Positions 27,777 through 37,568 of a DNA stretch of 64,000 nucleotides are shown piece by piece. Positions within the stretch are counted from its first letter, which is position 1; the number at the start of each line of letters is the position of its first letter. The position numbers and the translations under genes were made by a program. The notes beneath the pieces are model-generated. The model saw nothing but the letters and a program-made list of their open reading frames with translations. It had not been told where the DNA came from and made no database searches. The DNA is from an uncultured delta proteobacterium (GTDB lineage Bacteria > Desulfobacterota > Binatia > HRBIN30 > BPIQ01), in assembly GCA_963761335.1 (NCBI GenBank), contig CAVXGR010000018.1, forward strand, positions 928,001 through 992,000. Direction: 5' to 3'.

Positions 27777-28235
27777 CTACTTCTTGGCGGCGCCGCGCGG
27801 CCGCAGGTCCAGATCGGGCGGCGGCGCTGCCGGCAGCTTCCAGACGATGTAGGGCTTCTCCTTCAGCTCGTGGAAGGCGTTAGCCGCCTCGATCGATTTG
27901 TTGAAGGCCGTCTCGAAGGCGGCGAAGTCCTGGCTCTCGATGGCGTCGGCGATCGGTTTCCAGTTCTCCTCGAGGAACTGGTTCAGAGCGTCCTCGTGCT
28001 TGGGACGGGTGAAGGCGCCGAGTTCCATCAGGCCCTTGATCTCCTTGTACTGGAACTTCGCCATCGTCCAGTTGTGCTCCTTGGCGGCGTAATAGAGCTT
28101 CCAGGTGCGCGCCCCGATCTCCGGCATGATGCGACCCAGCCCGGGCTGGATGGTCACCAGGTCCTCGATGGTCATCTCGCGGTGGCCGCCCCAGAACGTC
28201 AGTCCCTTTATCTTTTCGTCGATTTTCTCGTCCAT
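27777..28235 (-). CDS. Hypothetical four-helix-bundle protein, cytochrome c'/b562-like without CxxCH
   Basis: PGLGRIM...KLYYAAKEHNW...ANAFH; codon usage consistent with a real gene. Confidence 0.6.
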   Translation of the reverse strand: MDEKIDEKIKGLTFWGGHREMTIEDLVTIQPGLGRIMPEIGARTWKLYYAAKEHNWTMAKFQYKEIKGLMELGAFTRPKHEDALNQFLEENWKPIADAIESQDFAAFETAFNKSIEAANAFHELKEKPYIVWKLPAAPPPDLDLRPRGAAKK

Positions 28236-28397
28236 CAGGAATCCTCCACTTTCTGCTGAGATGCGCTTCGCCTGAGGTGAGCGCGCGGCGATTGCTTATC
28301 GAAAGCCGAGCGGTCCAGTCAAGGCGGCTGGCACACAACAGGCGGCCAGCACGCAGCGCTTGTTCCATCCCCAGGGCTCGTGTACACCTCGCCCTCG

Positions 28398-29123
28398 ATG
28401 GTGGGACGGGTTCGGTGGATGGCTCTGCTGGCGGCGCTGGTGATGGTGCCGGCAGGGGGAGCGGCGCGGGCGAGCACGGCAGTGGCGATGAGCCTCGCGC
28501 AGATGGTGGACGAGGCGGACTTCGCCTTCATCGCCAACGTGTCCGACATCCGTGCCCGCTGGGTGGACCCGGAGCGCTCGACGATCGAGACCCTGGTGTT
28601 CTTTGCGGACGCCGCGCCCCGCTTCGGAATCAGCGGCAACCAGGTGGTGCTGCGTTTCGGGGGCGGTCGCATCGGCGGCCAAGAGGACGCCGTCGCCGGC
28701 ATCCCCCAGTTCCGGGTCGGCGAGGAGATGCTGATCCTCGGCAAGAGAGGCTACTCCGTGAGCCCCATCGTCGGCTTCAACCAGGGGTACTTCCGCATCG
28801 TGAAGACGCCGGCGGCGGCGATCGCGGTGAACGCCGAGGGGCGACCTCTGGTGGCGCGCTCGAGCGGCGAGGTGGAGATCGGGGCCGTGGGCGAGCAACC
28901 GGCGCCTTTCAACGTCATCACCGAATACCTCGCCAGGCACTTCCAGGCCCGTCCCGAGGAGATCACCCCGGGGGCCTGGCCGGAGCGCGGTGCCGCGAGC
29001 CCGGAGACGGCGCCGCCGCCGAGGGCCAGCGGCTGCCTGTTCTCGCGCTCGGCCTCGAGCGCCGGCCTCGCCTGGGCCTTCGCTTTTGCCGGCGCCCTGG
29101 TGAACTTGCGTCGCCGCAGCTGA
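28398..29123 (+). CDS. Exported protein with MYXO-CTERM-like C-terminal sorting signal
   Basis: Signal peptide (ARA-ST), C-terminal SGC + hydrophobic helix + RRRS. Confidence 0.65.
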   Translation: MVGRVRWMALLAALVMVPAGGAARASTAVAMSLAQMVDEADFAFIANVSDIRARWVDPERSTIETLVFFADAAPRFGISGNQVVLRFGGGRIGGQEDAVAGIPQFRVGEEMLILGKRGYSVSPIVGFNQGYFRIVKTPAAAIAVNAEGRPLVARSSGEVEIGAVGEQPAPFNVITEYLARHFQARPEEITPGAWPERGAASPETAPPPRASGCLFSRSASSAGLAWAFAFAGALVNLRRRS

Positions 29124-29172
29124 GCGGCCGGAGACCCGCCGCCGTCGCACCCCGAGCCGCCAGGGCGCCAGA

Positions 29173-29212
29173 ACGCAGAGACGCAAAGACGCAAAGACGC
29201 AAAGACGCAAAG
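29173..29212 (+). repeat. Short tandem repeat, 5 x 8 bp (ACGCARAG)
   Basis: ACGCAGAG followed by (ACGCAAAG)x4. Confidence 0.9.
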
Positions 29213-29298
29213 AAGGGCTTCTGCTCCCTGGGGCATGCCGTTTTTCCGGCGCCAAATGCCGGGAGTCAGGCAACCGCTCAATCAACTCCGCACACCCC

Positions 29299-29360
29299 CA
29301 ACACCTCAACACCCAACACCTCAACACCCAACACCCAACACCCAACACCTCAACACCTCA
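29299..29360 (+). repeat. Short tandem repeat of CAACACC(T), about 8 copies
   Basis: Mixed 7/8-bp units CAACACC and CAACACCT in an intergenic region. Confidence 0.9.
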
Positions 29361-29482
29361 CCTCGCCCGCATCGCAGCGTTGCCACAATCCCGTACGCTC
29401 GGAGGCGAAAGGCGCCGTTCGCCAGAGGGGTTTGTATGCGATCGTGGCTGGCCGAAATCTTGCTGCGCCCTCGTGCGGAGCT

Positions 29483-29992
29483 ATGATCTACTCGAAGCTG
29501 AAGTGGGGCTTGCTGGTCGCTGGCGCGCTTGCCATGTGGCGCCCGGGGGTCTCGCTGCTGCGCACTCCGGAGTACGAGGTGCTGTACAGCCCGGATCCCC
29601 CCGCGAGCGTCTGTGCCGACAAGCACTGCTGGGCACTCTACAGTCTGGAGATCGGCAACACCGGCTTGAAGCCGCAGCGGGAAGTGGCGGTGCGGCTGCG
29701 CCGCGAGTTCGTGGCGCGCGCCGTCACGCCGCCGCGGGCCCGCAGCTTCGGGAAGATCGACCGGCCCGTGGGCATCACCGAGGCCCAGGGAGAGACGCGC
29801 TACAGCATCGCGCGCGTCGCCCCGGGCAAGCGTATCTCGTTGAGCTTCACGCTGCCGATCGATCGCGGCAGTGCGCCGCCATGGGACGACATCCTCGTCG
29901 GAGTCGAGGCGACCGACGGCAGGGTGCTGCGCGGCGATCCCGCCACGACCTCGCTCGGCCGCATGCTCTACGCCCTGTCGGGGCGCTTCTGA
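29483..29992 (+). CDS. Hypothetical membrane-anchored protein
   Basis: ATG after GGAG, N-terminal hydrophobic segment, beta-rich remainder. Confidence 0.6.
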   Translation: MIYSKLKWGLLVAGALAMWRPGVSLLRTPEYEVLYSPDPPASVCADKHCWALYSLEIGNTGLKPQREVAVRLRREFVARAVTPPRARSFGKIDRPVGITEAQGETRYSIARVAPGKRISLSFTLPIDRGSAPPWDDILVGVEATDGRVLRGDPATTSLGRMLYALSGRF

Positions 29993-30027
29993 AGGCAGAT
30001 GCGGCCCGGCTGGCCGCGCTCCCAGGG

Positions 30028-30888
30028 TCAGGCGCCGGCTTCGTCCAGGAACTCGATGAGCGCCTGGGCGAGAGCCGTTGGGTTCTCCAGATGCGGGTGG
30101 TGGGCGGCGCCGGCGATGGTGACGCGGCGGGCGCGGAGTGCGGCGAGTCGAGGTTGGAGATCTTCCTCCGCCAGGCGCAGCGGGCTGTCGCTGCCTTCGA
30201 CGTAGAGCACCGGGCAGCGCACCCGTTCCCAGAAGGCGCGCGCCTGGGCCAGATAATACGGCTGTGGTGCGATGGTCTGGTGCAGCGGATCGAAGCGCCA
30301 GACGCGGTGTCCGCCCTCGGGGCGGGTTCCGTGTCGCGCCATGTGCGCCGCCACCTCGGCCGAGAATCGAGGGAAGCGCCGGCGCAGGCGCTGGGCGGCC
30401 TCCTCGAGGGTCATGGCCGGCGGCTGCCTGCGAGCCGCGCGCTCCAGGTCGCCGACCCAGGAGGCGAAGCGCGCCGGGGCGGAAGCGGGGTCGCTGTCCG
30501 GAAGCCCCAGCCCCTCGATCGAGACCAGGGCGCTGAGGCGCTCGGGCTCGGTGCCGGCGTATTGCACCGCGGCACCGCCGCCCATCGAGTGTCCGACGAT
30601 GGCGGCGCGCCCGCCGAGGGCGCGCCGCACGAAGGCGAGATCGGCGGTGTAGTCGGGAAAATGGTAGTAGCCGCCGGAGCCGATCCACTGCGACTCGCCG
30701 TGGCCGCGCCAGTCGAGGGCGAAGACGTGCAGGCCGGCATCGGCCAGCAGCGGCGCCACCCAGTCCCAGACATGGGCGTGCTCGAGAAATCCGTGCAGCA
30801 GGAGGACAATCCGCTCGCCGGCCCCCCACTCGAGGAGATGCTGCCGGAGCCGGTTGGCGTCGATGAAGAGGTCGCGAGGCGGGGGCAT
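30028..30888 (-). CDS. Alpha/beta fold hydrolase
   Basis: LLHGFLEH, DWRGHGES, nucleophile elbow GHSMGG, AAHHPH. Confidence 0.9.
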   Translation of the reverse strand: MPPPRDLFIDANRLRQHLLEWGAGERIVLLLHGFLEHAHVWDWVAPLLADAGLHVFALDWRGHGESQWIGSGGYYHFPDYTADLAFVRRALGGRAAIVGHSMGGGAAVQYAGTEPERLSALVSIEGLGLPDSDPASAPARFASWVGDLERAARRQPPAMTLEEAAQRLRRRFPRFSAEVAAHMARHGTRPEGGHRVWRFDPLHQTIAPQPYYLAQARAFWERVRCPVLYVEGSDSPLRLAEEDLQPRLAALRARRVTIAGAAHHPHLENPTALAQALIEFLDEAGA

Positions 30889-31040
30889 TGAGCGCCTCAT
30901 GCCACAGCGCCATCGTCGAAGCGACCGCCGACGGCCGCCGCCCCGCGGCGGTGGCAACTGCCGCGGAGATACCCCCTCTGTTGAGTTTGGTACGCGAATC
31001 GGGTTCATTGGTTGGCATACGGAACACGTCAGGAGGGTCA

Positions 31041-31967
31041 ATGGCTCTGAGTCCCGAAACCAGACAGCGCATCGCTTCGCTGATCGAGAGTGGCGACGTC
31101 GTGCTTTTCATGAAGGGCAATCGCCTCATGCCCCAGTGCGGCTTCTCGCAGCGGGTGGTGCAGCTTCTCGATCAGCTGCTGCCCGATTACACCACCGTGG
31201 ACGTACTCGAGGATCAGGAGGTCCGCGAGGGCGTGAAGGAGTACTCGTCCTGGCCGACCATTCCGCAGCTCTACATCCACGGCGAGCTGATCGGCGGCAG
31301 CGACATCGTCACGGAGATGTTCTCCAGCGGCGAGCTGCACGAGAAGCTCGGTCTCCAGGTCCCCGAGGCGACGCCGCCGGCGATTACCATCTCCGATGCG
31401 GCCGCCGCCAAGATCCGCGAGTACGCGGAGCGCGCCCCAGGTAAGGAGCTGCATCTGAGCGTCGACGCCCGCTTCCAGAGCTCGCTCGGGCTGGCGCCGC
31501 GCCAGGACGGGGAGATCGAGGTGCGGGCGAACGGCATCACGGTGCTGATGGATCCGCTCACGGCGCAGCGCGCCAACGGCCTCTCCATCGACCTGGTGGA
31601 TACCGGCACCGGACACTCGTTCCGGGTGGAGAATCCCAACTCCGGCGCCACCGTGAAGGAGCTGACGCCGCCGCAGCTGAAGAAGCTCCTGGAGGAAGGG
31701 GCGCGGCTGGAGCTCTTCGACGTGCGCACGCCGGAGGAGCGCGCCACGGCCCGCATCGAGGCCGCCCGCTTCTTCGATGCGGGGGCGCAGTCCTTCATCG
31801 AGAGCTTGCCGAAGGATACCATGCTGGTCTTCCACTGCCACCACGGCGGTCGCAGCCAGCAGGCGGCGGAGCACTTCTGCTCGCGCGGCTTCACCAATGT
31901 GCACAACCTGGTCGGCGGCATCGACGCCTGGTCGCTGCAGGTGGATCCCGGCGTGACTCGCTACTAG
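31041..31967 (+). CDS. grxD: Monothiol glutaredoxin (Grx4) fused to an IscA-like domain and a rhodanese domain
   Basis: FMKG..PQCGFS, SSWPTIPQLY, IGGSD; ITISDAAAAKI...FRVENPN; DVRT..E, CHHGGRS, GGIDAWS. Confidence 0.85.
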   Translation: MALSPETRQRIASLIESGDVVLFMKGNRLMPQCGFSQRVVQLLDQLLPDYTTVDVLEDQEVREGVKEYSSWPTIPQLYIHGELIGGSDIVTEMFSSGELHEKLGLQVPEATPPAITISDAAAAKIREYAERAPGKELHLSVDARFQSSLGLAPRQDGEIEVRANGITVLMDPLTAQRANGLSIDLVDTGTGHSFRVENPNSGATVKELTPPQLKKLLEEGARLELFDVRTPEERATARIEAARFFDAGAQSFIESLPKDTMLVFHCHHGGRSQQAAEHFCSRGFTNVHNLVGGIDAWSLQVDPGVTRY

Positions 31968-31969
31968 GC

Positions 31970-32230
31970 ATGGAGCGGACGAGCCTCCAGACTTCCGAGC
32001 AGATCGCCGCGGCGCTGCGCGACGCGATCCTGAAGCAGATCCCCGATGCCAAGGTCGAAGTGAAGCCGGCCAGCCCGGGCCATTTCGAGATCAACGTCAC
32101 CTCCGGCGTGTTTGACGGCAAGTCACGGGTGCAGCAGCAACAGCTGGTATACGGAGCCATCGCCAATCTCATGCAGGGCGAGGACGCCCCGGTGCACGCC
32201 GTCGACCGCATGCGCATCGCGGTCGCCTGA
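31970..32230 (+). CDS. BolA/IbaG family protein
   Basis: GHFEINVTS..FDGKSRVQQQQLVY...VHAV; adjacent to Grx4. Confidence 0.9.
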   Translation: MERTSLQTSEQIAAALRDAILKQIPDAKVEVKPASPGHFEINVTSGVFDGKSRVQQQQLVYGAIANLMQGEDAPVHAVDRMRIAVA

Positions 32231-32331
32231 GGCCGGAGTCGAAAGAGTAGGGGAGGCGTCCCGCCTCTTCTCTTCCGGAGCGGTGGGTTCGAATCCCTCG
32301 CCGAGGGTCGGATGCCGGGAGGATCACCCGT

Positions 32332-32739
32332 ATGAGCGCAAATGCAGAACGGCTTCGACGTTTGTTTGCAGACCTGGCGCGCCTCGACTTCGCGGCGGTC
32401 GTCGGGCATTGCAGCGATGACTGCGTGTACGAGGACGTGCCCTTCGACGCCGCCACGGCGGTCGGCCGCGATGCCATTCGCGCCAAGCTCGAGCTCGGGC
32501 TGAGCACCCTGGAGCGCCTGCCCACCACCGTACACGAGCTCCTCGAGCGCGGTGACACCGCGATGGTCGAGCGCACCGAGGTATGGCATCACCGCACCGG
32601 GGAGCGGGCCACCCTGCGGGTCGCCGCGGTCTTCAAGTTTCGCGGCGGCGAAATCTGTCTGTGGCGCGATTACTGGGATGCGCGAACCCTGTTCGCGCAG
32701 CAGCCGGCCAGCTGGCTTCCGGACCTGCCGCGCAGCTGA
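32332..32739 (+). CDS. Limonene-1,2-epoxide hydrolase / NTF2-like protein
   Basis: VYEDVP, MVERTE, WRDYWD. Confidence 0.8.
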   Translation: MSANAERLRRLFADLARLDFAAVVGHCSDDCVYEDVPFDAATAVGRDAIRAKLELGLSTLERLPTTVHELLERGDTAMVERTEVWHHRTGERATLRVAAVFKFRGGEICLWRDYWDARTLFAQQPASWLPDLPRS

Positions 32740-32748
32740 GCCGCACCC

Positions 32749-33573
32749 ATGAAGCCGAGCGAGCTCAGCGGCAAGGTCGTCTACGCCGTCGGCGCCTCCA
32801 TGGGCATCGGCCTGTCGATCGCCGAGAAGGCGGCCGCCTTCGGCGCCGACATCGTCGTCTTCGCCCGCCGGCGCGAGCCTCTGGAAGAGGCGGTGCGTGT
32901 GCTCGGCGAGCGGCGGAGGCGCCCGCAGCAGCGCTTCGAATGGCGCCAGCTCGACGTCGGCGAGCACAGCGAGGTGATGCGCGTGATGAATGCGGCGGTG
33001 GTGGAGCTCGGTGCTCCCGATCTTCTGGTCAACTGCGCGGGAGGCGCGCAGCCGCGGCATTTCGATCGCATTCCTCGAGAGCAGCTCATGCAGACGATGC
33101 GCGTCAACCTGTTCGGCACCTGGAGCGCCATTCAGACACTTCTGCCGCACATGGAGGCGCACGGTGGGGGGCACATCGTCAACGTCTCCTCGCTCGCCGG
33201 CCTGATCGGCGTCTTCGGCTACACCGACTACTGCGCCTCGAAGTTTGCCCTCGTCGGCTTCTCGGAGGCGCTGCGCAGCGAGCTCAAGCCGCGCGGCATC
33301 GGCGTGTCGGTGCTCTGTCCGCCCGATACCGACACTCCCGGATTTGCCAAGGAGAACGAGGACAAGCCGGCCGAGACACGCGCGGTTTCGGCCAACGCCC
33401 GCGTGCTCTCTGCGGAGCAGGTCGCCGATAGCCTGTTTCGCGGCCTGGGGCGCGACAAGTTCCTCATCATCCCGGGAATCGACGGCAAGGCGGGGGCGCT
33501 GGCCAAGCGGCTCTTTCCCGGCCTGGTCGAGCGCGTCATCGATTACACCATCCGCAAGAGCCGCAAGCGCTGA
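32749..33573 (+). CDS. SDR oxidoreductase (3-ketodihydrosphingosine reductase-like)
   Basis: GASMGIG, NCAG, YCASK, CPPDTDTPGF. Confidence 0.85.
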   Translation: MKPSELSGKVVYAVGASMGIGLSIAEKAAAFGADIVVFARRREPLEEAVRVLGERRRRPQQRFEWRQLDVGEHSEVMRVMNAAVVELGAPDLLVNCAGGAQPRHFDRIPREQLMQTMRVNLFGTWSAIQTLLPHMEAHGGGHIVNVSSLAGLIGVFGYTDYCASKFALVGFSEALRSELKPRGIGVSVLCPPDTDTPGFAKENEDKPAETRAVSANARVLSAEQVADSLFRGLGRDKFLIIPGIDGKAGALAKRLFPGLVERVIDYTIRKSRKR

Positions 33574-33717
33574 GGCGCCGCCGCCTCGCCGGCGTTCGGT
33601 TTTCGCGGCGCTGGGCCGCATCGGCGAATTTACCTGCCGTTTTGAAAAATCGGCCATCCGGGGATTTCACCCCGAGCGCATACGCGGTGTAACGCAACCC
33701 TGTGGCTATTCCGCTGC

Positions 33718-33732
33718 TGGCACGCATCCGGC
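33718..33732 (+). promoter_or_regulatory. Possible sigma-54 promoter
   Basis: TGGCACGCATCCGGC has GG/GC at the -24/-12 spacing but a weak -12 box. Confidence 0.35.
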
Positions 33733-33777
33733 AGGAAGTCGGAAAGACAATCGATCACCACAAGAAGGAGGGTTGCG

Positions 33778-34635
33778 ATGAAAAGACCATTCAGTCTCGC
33801 ATTGGCTGCCGTTTTCGCGGTCGGCCTGACGACCGCCGCTTTTGCCACTGACCCGGCGTCGAACACCGGAGACAGCGGCAATGCGGTGGAGCACGCCGCC
33901 CAGGGCACCGGAAATGCGGCCGAAGGGGCGTATGACGCCACCAAGCAGGGCGTCAAGGAGGGCGCCGCGGCGACAGGAGATGCGGCCCAGGCGGCCGGCC
34001 ACGCGATCAAAGAGGGCGCCATGGCAACCGGGCATGCGGTGAAGGGTGCGGCTGAGGCCACGGGCGACGCCATAGGCAACGCCGCCGAGGCGACCGGAAA
34101 CGCCCTCGGCATCACCGGCAAGGACGAGACTGCGGCGCAGGCAAACGAGAATAAGATGTACGAGGGCCATGAGCAGGCCGAGCATGAGATGACCGGCAAG
34201 ATCATGGCCATCGATGGGAAGCTCGGTCTCGTGAGCCTTCGCAGTGACGGACACGATCTGCGCCTGCAGTTCCCCCGTGACCAGGTGAGCTCGCTGAAGA
34301 AGGGGCAGCAGATCACCGTGCAGCTCGCGTATGCGCAGGCGCAGAGTCGGACGACGATGGCGGGCGACGTTCCCGAGCAGAAGGGCGAGAACGAGACGAT
34401 CAAGGGCGCGCCGGCGCGGGGTGAGCACTGGGTCACCGGCAAGGTAACCAGCGTCAACCACGGCACCGGCATCGTCGACCTGCGGACCACCGAGACCACT
34501 CTCAGGCTGCACTTTCCGCCCAACAAGCTAAGCAACGTGCAGAAGGGGCAGAAGCTGGCGGTGGAGATGGCGTTCGCGGATACCGCCGGAATGCAGAAGC
34601 CGAACGAGAACGAGGATCCGAACGACGAGGAGTGA
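33778..34635 (+). CDS. Exported protein with LEA-like Ala/Gly repeats and two small OB-fold-like repeats
   Basis: RBS AAGGAGG; signal peptide AFA; 11-mer-like repeats; duplicated H-x-x-TGK...LRL-x-FP...KGQ units. Confidence 0.7.
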   Translation: MKRPFSLALAAVFAVGLTTAAFATDPASNTGDSGNAVEHAAQGTGNAAEGAYDATKQGVKEGAAATGDAAQAAGHAIKEGAMATGHAVKGAAEATGDAIGNAAEATGNALGITGKDETAAQANENKMYEGHEQAEHEMTGKIMAIDGKLGLVSLRSDGHDLRLQFPRDQVSSLKKGQQITVQLAYAQAQSRTTMAGDVPEQKGENETIKGAPARGEHWVTGKVTSVNHGTGIVDLRTTETTLRLHFPPNKLSNVQKGQKLAVEMAFADTAGMQKPNENEDPNDEE

Positions 34636-34688
34636 CACGACGCGGCGTTGCCGTGATCAGCGAGCGCGGACTCGCTCTGCGCTCGAAG

Positions 34689-34722
34689 GGGCGGGGCCCA
34701 AAAGGCCCCGCCCTCTCTCTTT
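34689..34722 (+). terminator. Rho-independent terminator between convergent genes
   Basis: GGGCGGGGCC-CAAAA-GGCCCCGCCC 10-bp stem followed by TCTCTCTTT. Confidence 0.7.
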
Positions 34723-34734
34723 GGAGGCCGCCCT

Positions 34735-35616
34735 TCAGCCGATGGCGCTTCGCCAGCGCGCCACCGCCTCGCCGATCTCGTCCGGCGAATCCTCCTGCAC
34801 GAAATGGATGCCCTTCACCGTCACCTCTGTCTGGGCCGGCCAGCTGCGACAGAAGTCGCGTGCCGCCCCCCGCAGGATGGCTCCCGGCTCGGCATTGATG
34901 AAGAGCTTCGGCAGGGGCGCCGAGCGCAGCCATTCGCCGTAGTCGCGGGCGATGGCGGTCACATCCTCCGGTACGCCCTCGATGGGAATCTCGCGCGGCC
35001 AGGTGAGGGTAGGGCGCCGGCTCTCCCCGGGCTCGATGAAAGGCCGCCGGTAGACGGCCATCTCCTCGTCCGTTAGCTTGCGCATGACGGCGCCGGGCAG
35101 AACCTGCTCGACGAAGGCGTTCTGCTCGAGGATCAGCTTCTCGCCCGCGGCTGAGCGGAAGGCCTCGAACACCGGCCGCACCGCCTTCGGCCACTGCTCC
35201 CAGGTGAGCGGCATGACGATCGCCTCCATGTAGGCGATGCCGCGGACGGCGGCGGCATGGCGCCGCGCCCAGTCGAAGCCGAGGGCGGACCCCCAATCGT
35301 GCACCACCAGGGTGACGCGCTGGCGCACCTCGAGATGCTCGAGCAGGCCATCGAGGTAGCGGCGATGCTCGACGAAGCGATAGCCGTCGGGGCCGCTGTC
35401 GTCGAGCTTCTCCGAATCGCCCATGCCGATCAGGTCGGGGGCGATACAGCGCCCGGCGCCTTGCAGATGCGGAATGACGTTGCGCCAGAGATAGGACGAG
35501 GTGGGGTTGCCGTGGAGAAAGACGATTGGATCGCCCTCTCCAACCTCCACGTAGGCCATCGTCTTCCCGTGGACGCCGGCGCGCTTCTTCGAGTACCGCT
35601 CGGCAGCTGAGATCAT
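34735..35616 (-). CDS. Haloalkane dehalogenase (DhaA/LinB family)
   Basis: [47 protein letters not shown]. Confidence 0.92.
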   Translation of the reverse strand: MISAAERYSKKRAGVHGKTMAYVEVGEGDPIVFLHGNPTSSYLWRNVIPHLQGAGRCIAPDLIGMGDSEKLDDSGPDGYRFVEHRRYLDGLLEHLEVRQRVTLVVHDWGSALGFDWARRHAAAVRGIAYMEAIVMPLTWEQWPKAVRPVFEAFRSAAGEKLILEQNAFVEQVLPGAVMRKLTDEEMAVYRRPFIEPGESRRPTLTWPREIPIEGVPEDVTAIARDYGEWLRSAPLPKLFINAEPGAILRGAARDFCRSWPAQTEVTVKGIHFVQEDSPDEIGEAVARWRSAIG

Positions 35617-35746
35617 CGTCTCCCTCCCATGCGAATCGGTGCTGATCCTGGCTGACACGCCGCCGCCCGCGAAGCAACTGAGCCAGCGAGCCACCGAGCC
35701 ACTGACCCTTGACGAGCGCCGCCGCGACAGGGAGAAGTGCGGCTCC

Positions 35747-37501
35747 ATGACCTTTCCCGGGAGCGACAATGCGCGGCTTGGGCCGGAATCGCGGCGAGCG
35801 GCGCTCGAGCGCATGGCGGCGGAGATCTTCGACGTGGTCATCGTCGGCGGTGGTGTCACCGGTGCGGGGACGGCGCTCGACGCCGCCACCCGCGGCCTCA
35901 GCGTGGCGCTGGTGGAGCAGCGCGACTGGGCGGCGGGAACCTCGAGCCGTTCGTCCAAGCTCATTCACGGCGGCCTCCGCTATCTCGAGCAGCTCGACTT
36001 TGGCCTCGTCCGCGAGGCACTGGCGGAGCAGACGCTCATGCTGCAGCGTCTGTGCCCTCATCTGGTGCGGCCGGTGCCCTTCCTCTTCCCGCTCTCCCAC
36101 CACGTCTGGGAACGCGCTTACGTCGGCGCCGGCACGCTCCTGTACGATCTGCTCGCCGGTCGCCGCGCCTTGCCGCGACACCGCCATCTCACGCATGCGG
36201 GCGCCCTGCGGCTCTTCCCGGCTCTGCGCTCCGACCGGGTGGTGGGTGCGATCCAGTACTACGACGCGCAGATGGACGATGCGCGCCACACCATGATCCT
36301 GGCGCGCACGGCGGCCCTGTACGGCGCGGCGCTCGCCTCCAGCGCCCGCGTCGTCGGCATGCTGGAGGCGGGCAGCGGCGTCTGCGGCGTGCGCCTCCGC
36401 GACCTCGAGAGCGGCCGCGACATCGAGGTGCGGGCGCAGCGAGTGATCAATGCCACCGGCGTGTGGACCGATAAGGTGCAGGAGATGGCCGGACGCGGCC
36501 GCATCCGCGTGCGCGCCTCCAAGGGCATCCACCTGGTCGTCCCCCGCGATCGCATCCACGCCGATTCCGGCCTCATCCTGCGCACCGCCAGCAGCGTCCT
36601 CTTCGTGATTCCATGGAAGCGGCACTGGATCATCGGCACCACCGATACCGACTGGAACCTGCACCTGGCGCATCCGGCCGCCAGCCGCCGAGACATCGAC
36701 TATCTCCTGCAAACGGTGAACGCCTACCTGGCGCAACCGCTTTCGCACGCCGACATCGAGGGCGTCTATGCGGGTCTGCGACCGCTGCTGCACGGCGAGA
36801 GCGACGCCACCAGCAAGCTCTCTCGCGAGCACGCCGTCTCCCAGTCGGTGTCGGGCCTGATCACCGTCGCCGGCGGCAAGTACACGACCTATCGCATCAT
36901 GGCGCGCGACGCCGTCGACGTCGCCGTGCGCGGTCTGGATCGCCCGGTTCCGGCGTCGTGCACGCATCTCGTGCCGCTCCTCGGCGCCGACGGCTACTTC
37001 GCTTACCTGAATCGCCGCGATGACCTGGCCCGCGAGGCCGGTATCGCATTGAGCCATGTCGACCACCTTCTCGAGCGCTACGGCACCCTGGTCGCCGACC
37101 TTGTCGGGCTGATCCGCGAGCGGCCCGATCTGGCGCAGCCGCTCGACGGCGCCGAGGACTATCTGCGCGCCGAGGTGGTGTACGCCGCCTCGCACGAAGG
37201 CGCGCTGCACCTCGACGATGTGTTGACGCGGCGCACGCGCATCTCCATCGAGACCTTCGACCGCGGCGTTCAGGCGGCTCGCCCGGTGGCTGAGCTGATG
37301 GGGGAGGTGCTCGGCTGGGACGAGGCGACGCGGGCGCGAGAGATCGAGCACTACGAGGCGCGCGTCGCCGCCGAGCGCGAGTCGCAGGAGCAGCCCGACG
37401 ATCAGACCGCCGACGCGGCGCGCCTGGGCGCTCCCGACGTGCGCATGGGCGGCGCGCGCCGCGAGAGCGCGCCGGCAGCGGCGAACGTCTTTCCTGGGTG
37501 A
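35747..37501 (+). CDS. glpD: FAD-dependent glycerol-3-phosphate dehydrogenase
   Basis: [43 protein letters not shown]. Confidence 0.93.
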   Translation: MTFPGSDNARLGPESRRAALERMAAEIFDVVIVGGGVTGAGTALDAATRGLSVALVEQRDWAAGTSSRSSKLIHGGLRYLEQLDFGLVREALAEQTLMLQRLCPHLVRPVPFLFPLSHHVWERAYVGAGTLLYDLLAGRRALPRHRHLTHAGALRLFPALRSDRVVGAIQYYDAQMDDARHTMILARTAALYGAALASSARVVGMLEAGSGVCGVRLRDLESGRDIEVRAQRVINATGVWTDKVQEMAGRGRIRVRASKGIHLVVPRDRIHADSGLILRTASSVLFVIPWKRHWIIGTTDTDWNLHLAHPAASRRDIDYLLQTVNAYLAQPLSHADIEGVYAGLRPLLHGESDATSKLSREHAVSQSVSGLITVAGGKYTTYRIMARDAVDVAVRGLDRPVPASCTHLVPLLGADGYFAYLNRRDDLAREAGIALSHVDHLLERYGTLVADLVGLIRERPDLAQPLDGAEDYLRAEVVYAASHEGALHLDDVLTRRTRISIETFDRGVQAARPVAELMGEVLGWDEATRAREIEHYEARVAAERESQEQPDDQTADAARLGAPDVRMGGARRESAPAAANVFPG

Positions 37502-37568
37502 GGCATTGCAGGGGGACGCGGGGCAACCAACCCCGATTCTCTATTTCCTACATTCCCTGGCCGCATCC

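Noticed and set aside
32283..32299. tRNA (GGTTCGAATCCC T-loop motif)
   Set aside because: T-stem is imperfect and I could not build acceptor, D or anticodon arms around it
34502..37351. 949-aa minus-strand ORF and similar long antisense ORFs elsewhere
   Set aside because: Shadow frames of recognisable high-GC genes such as glpD and lhr, with no motifs of their own
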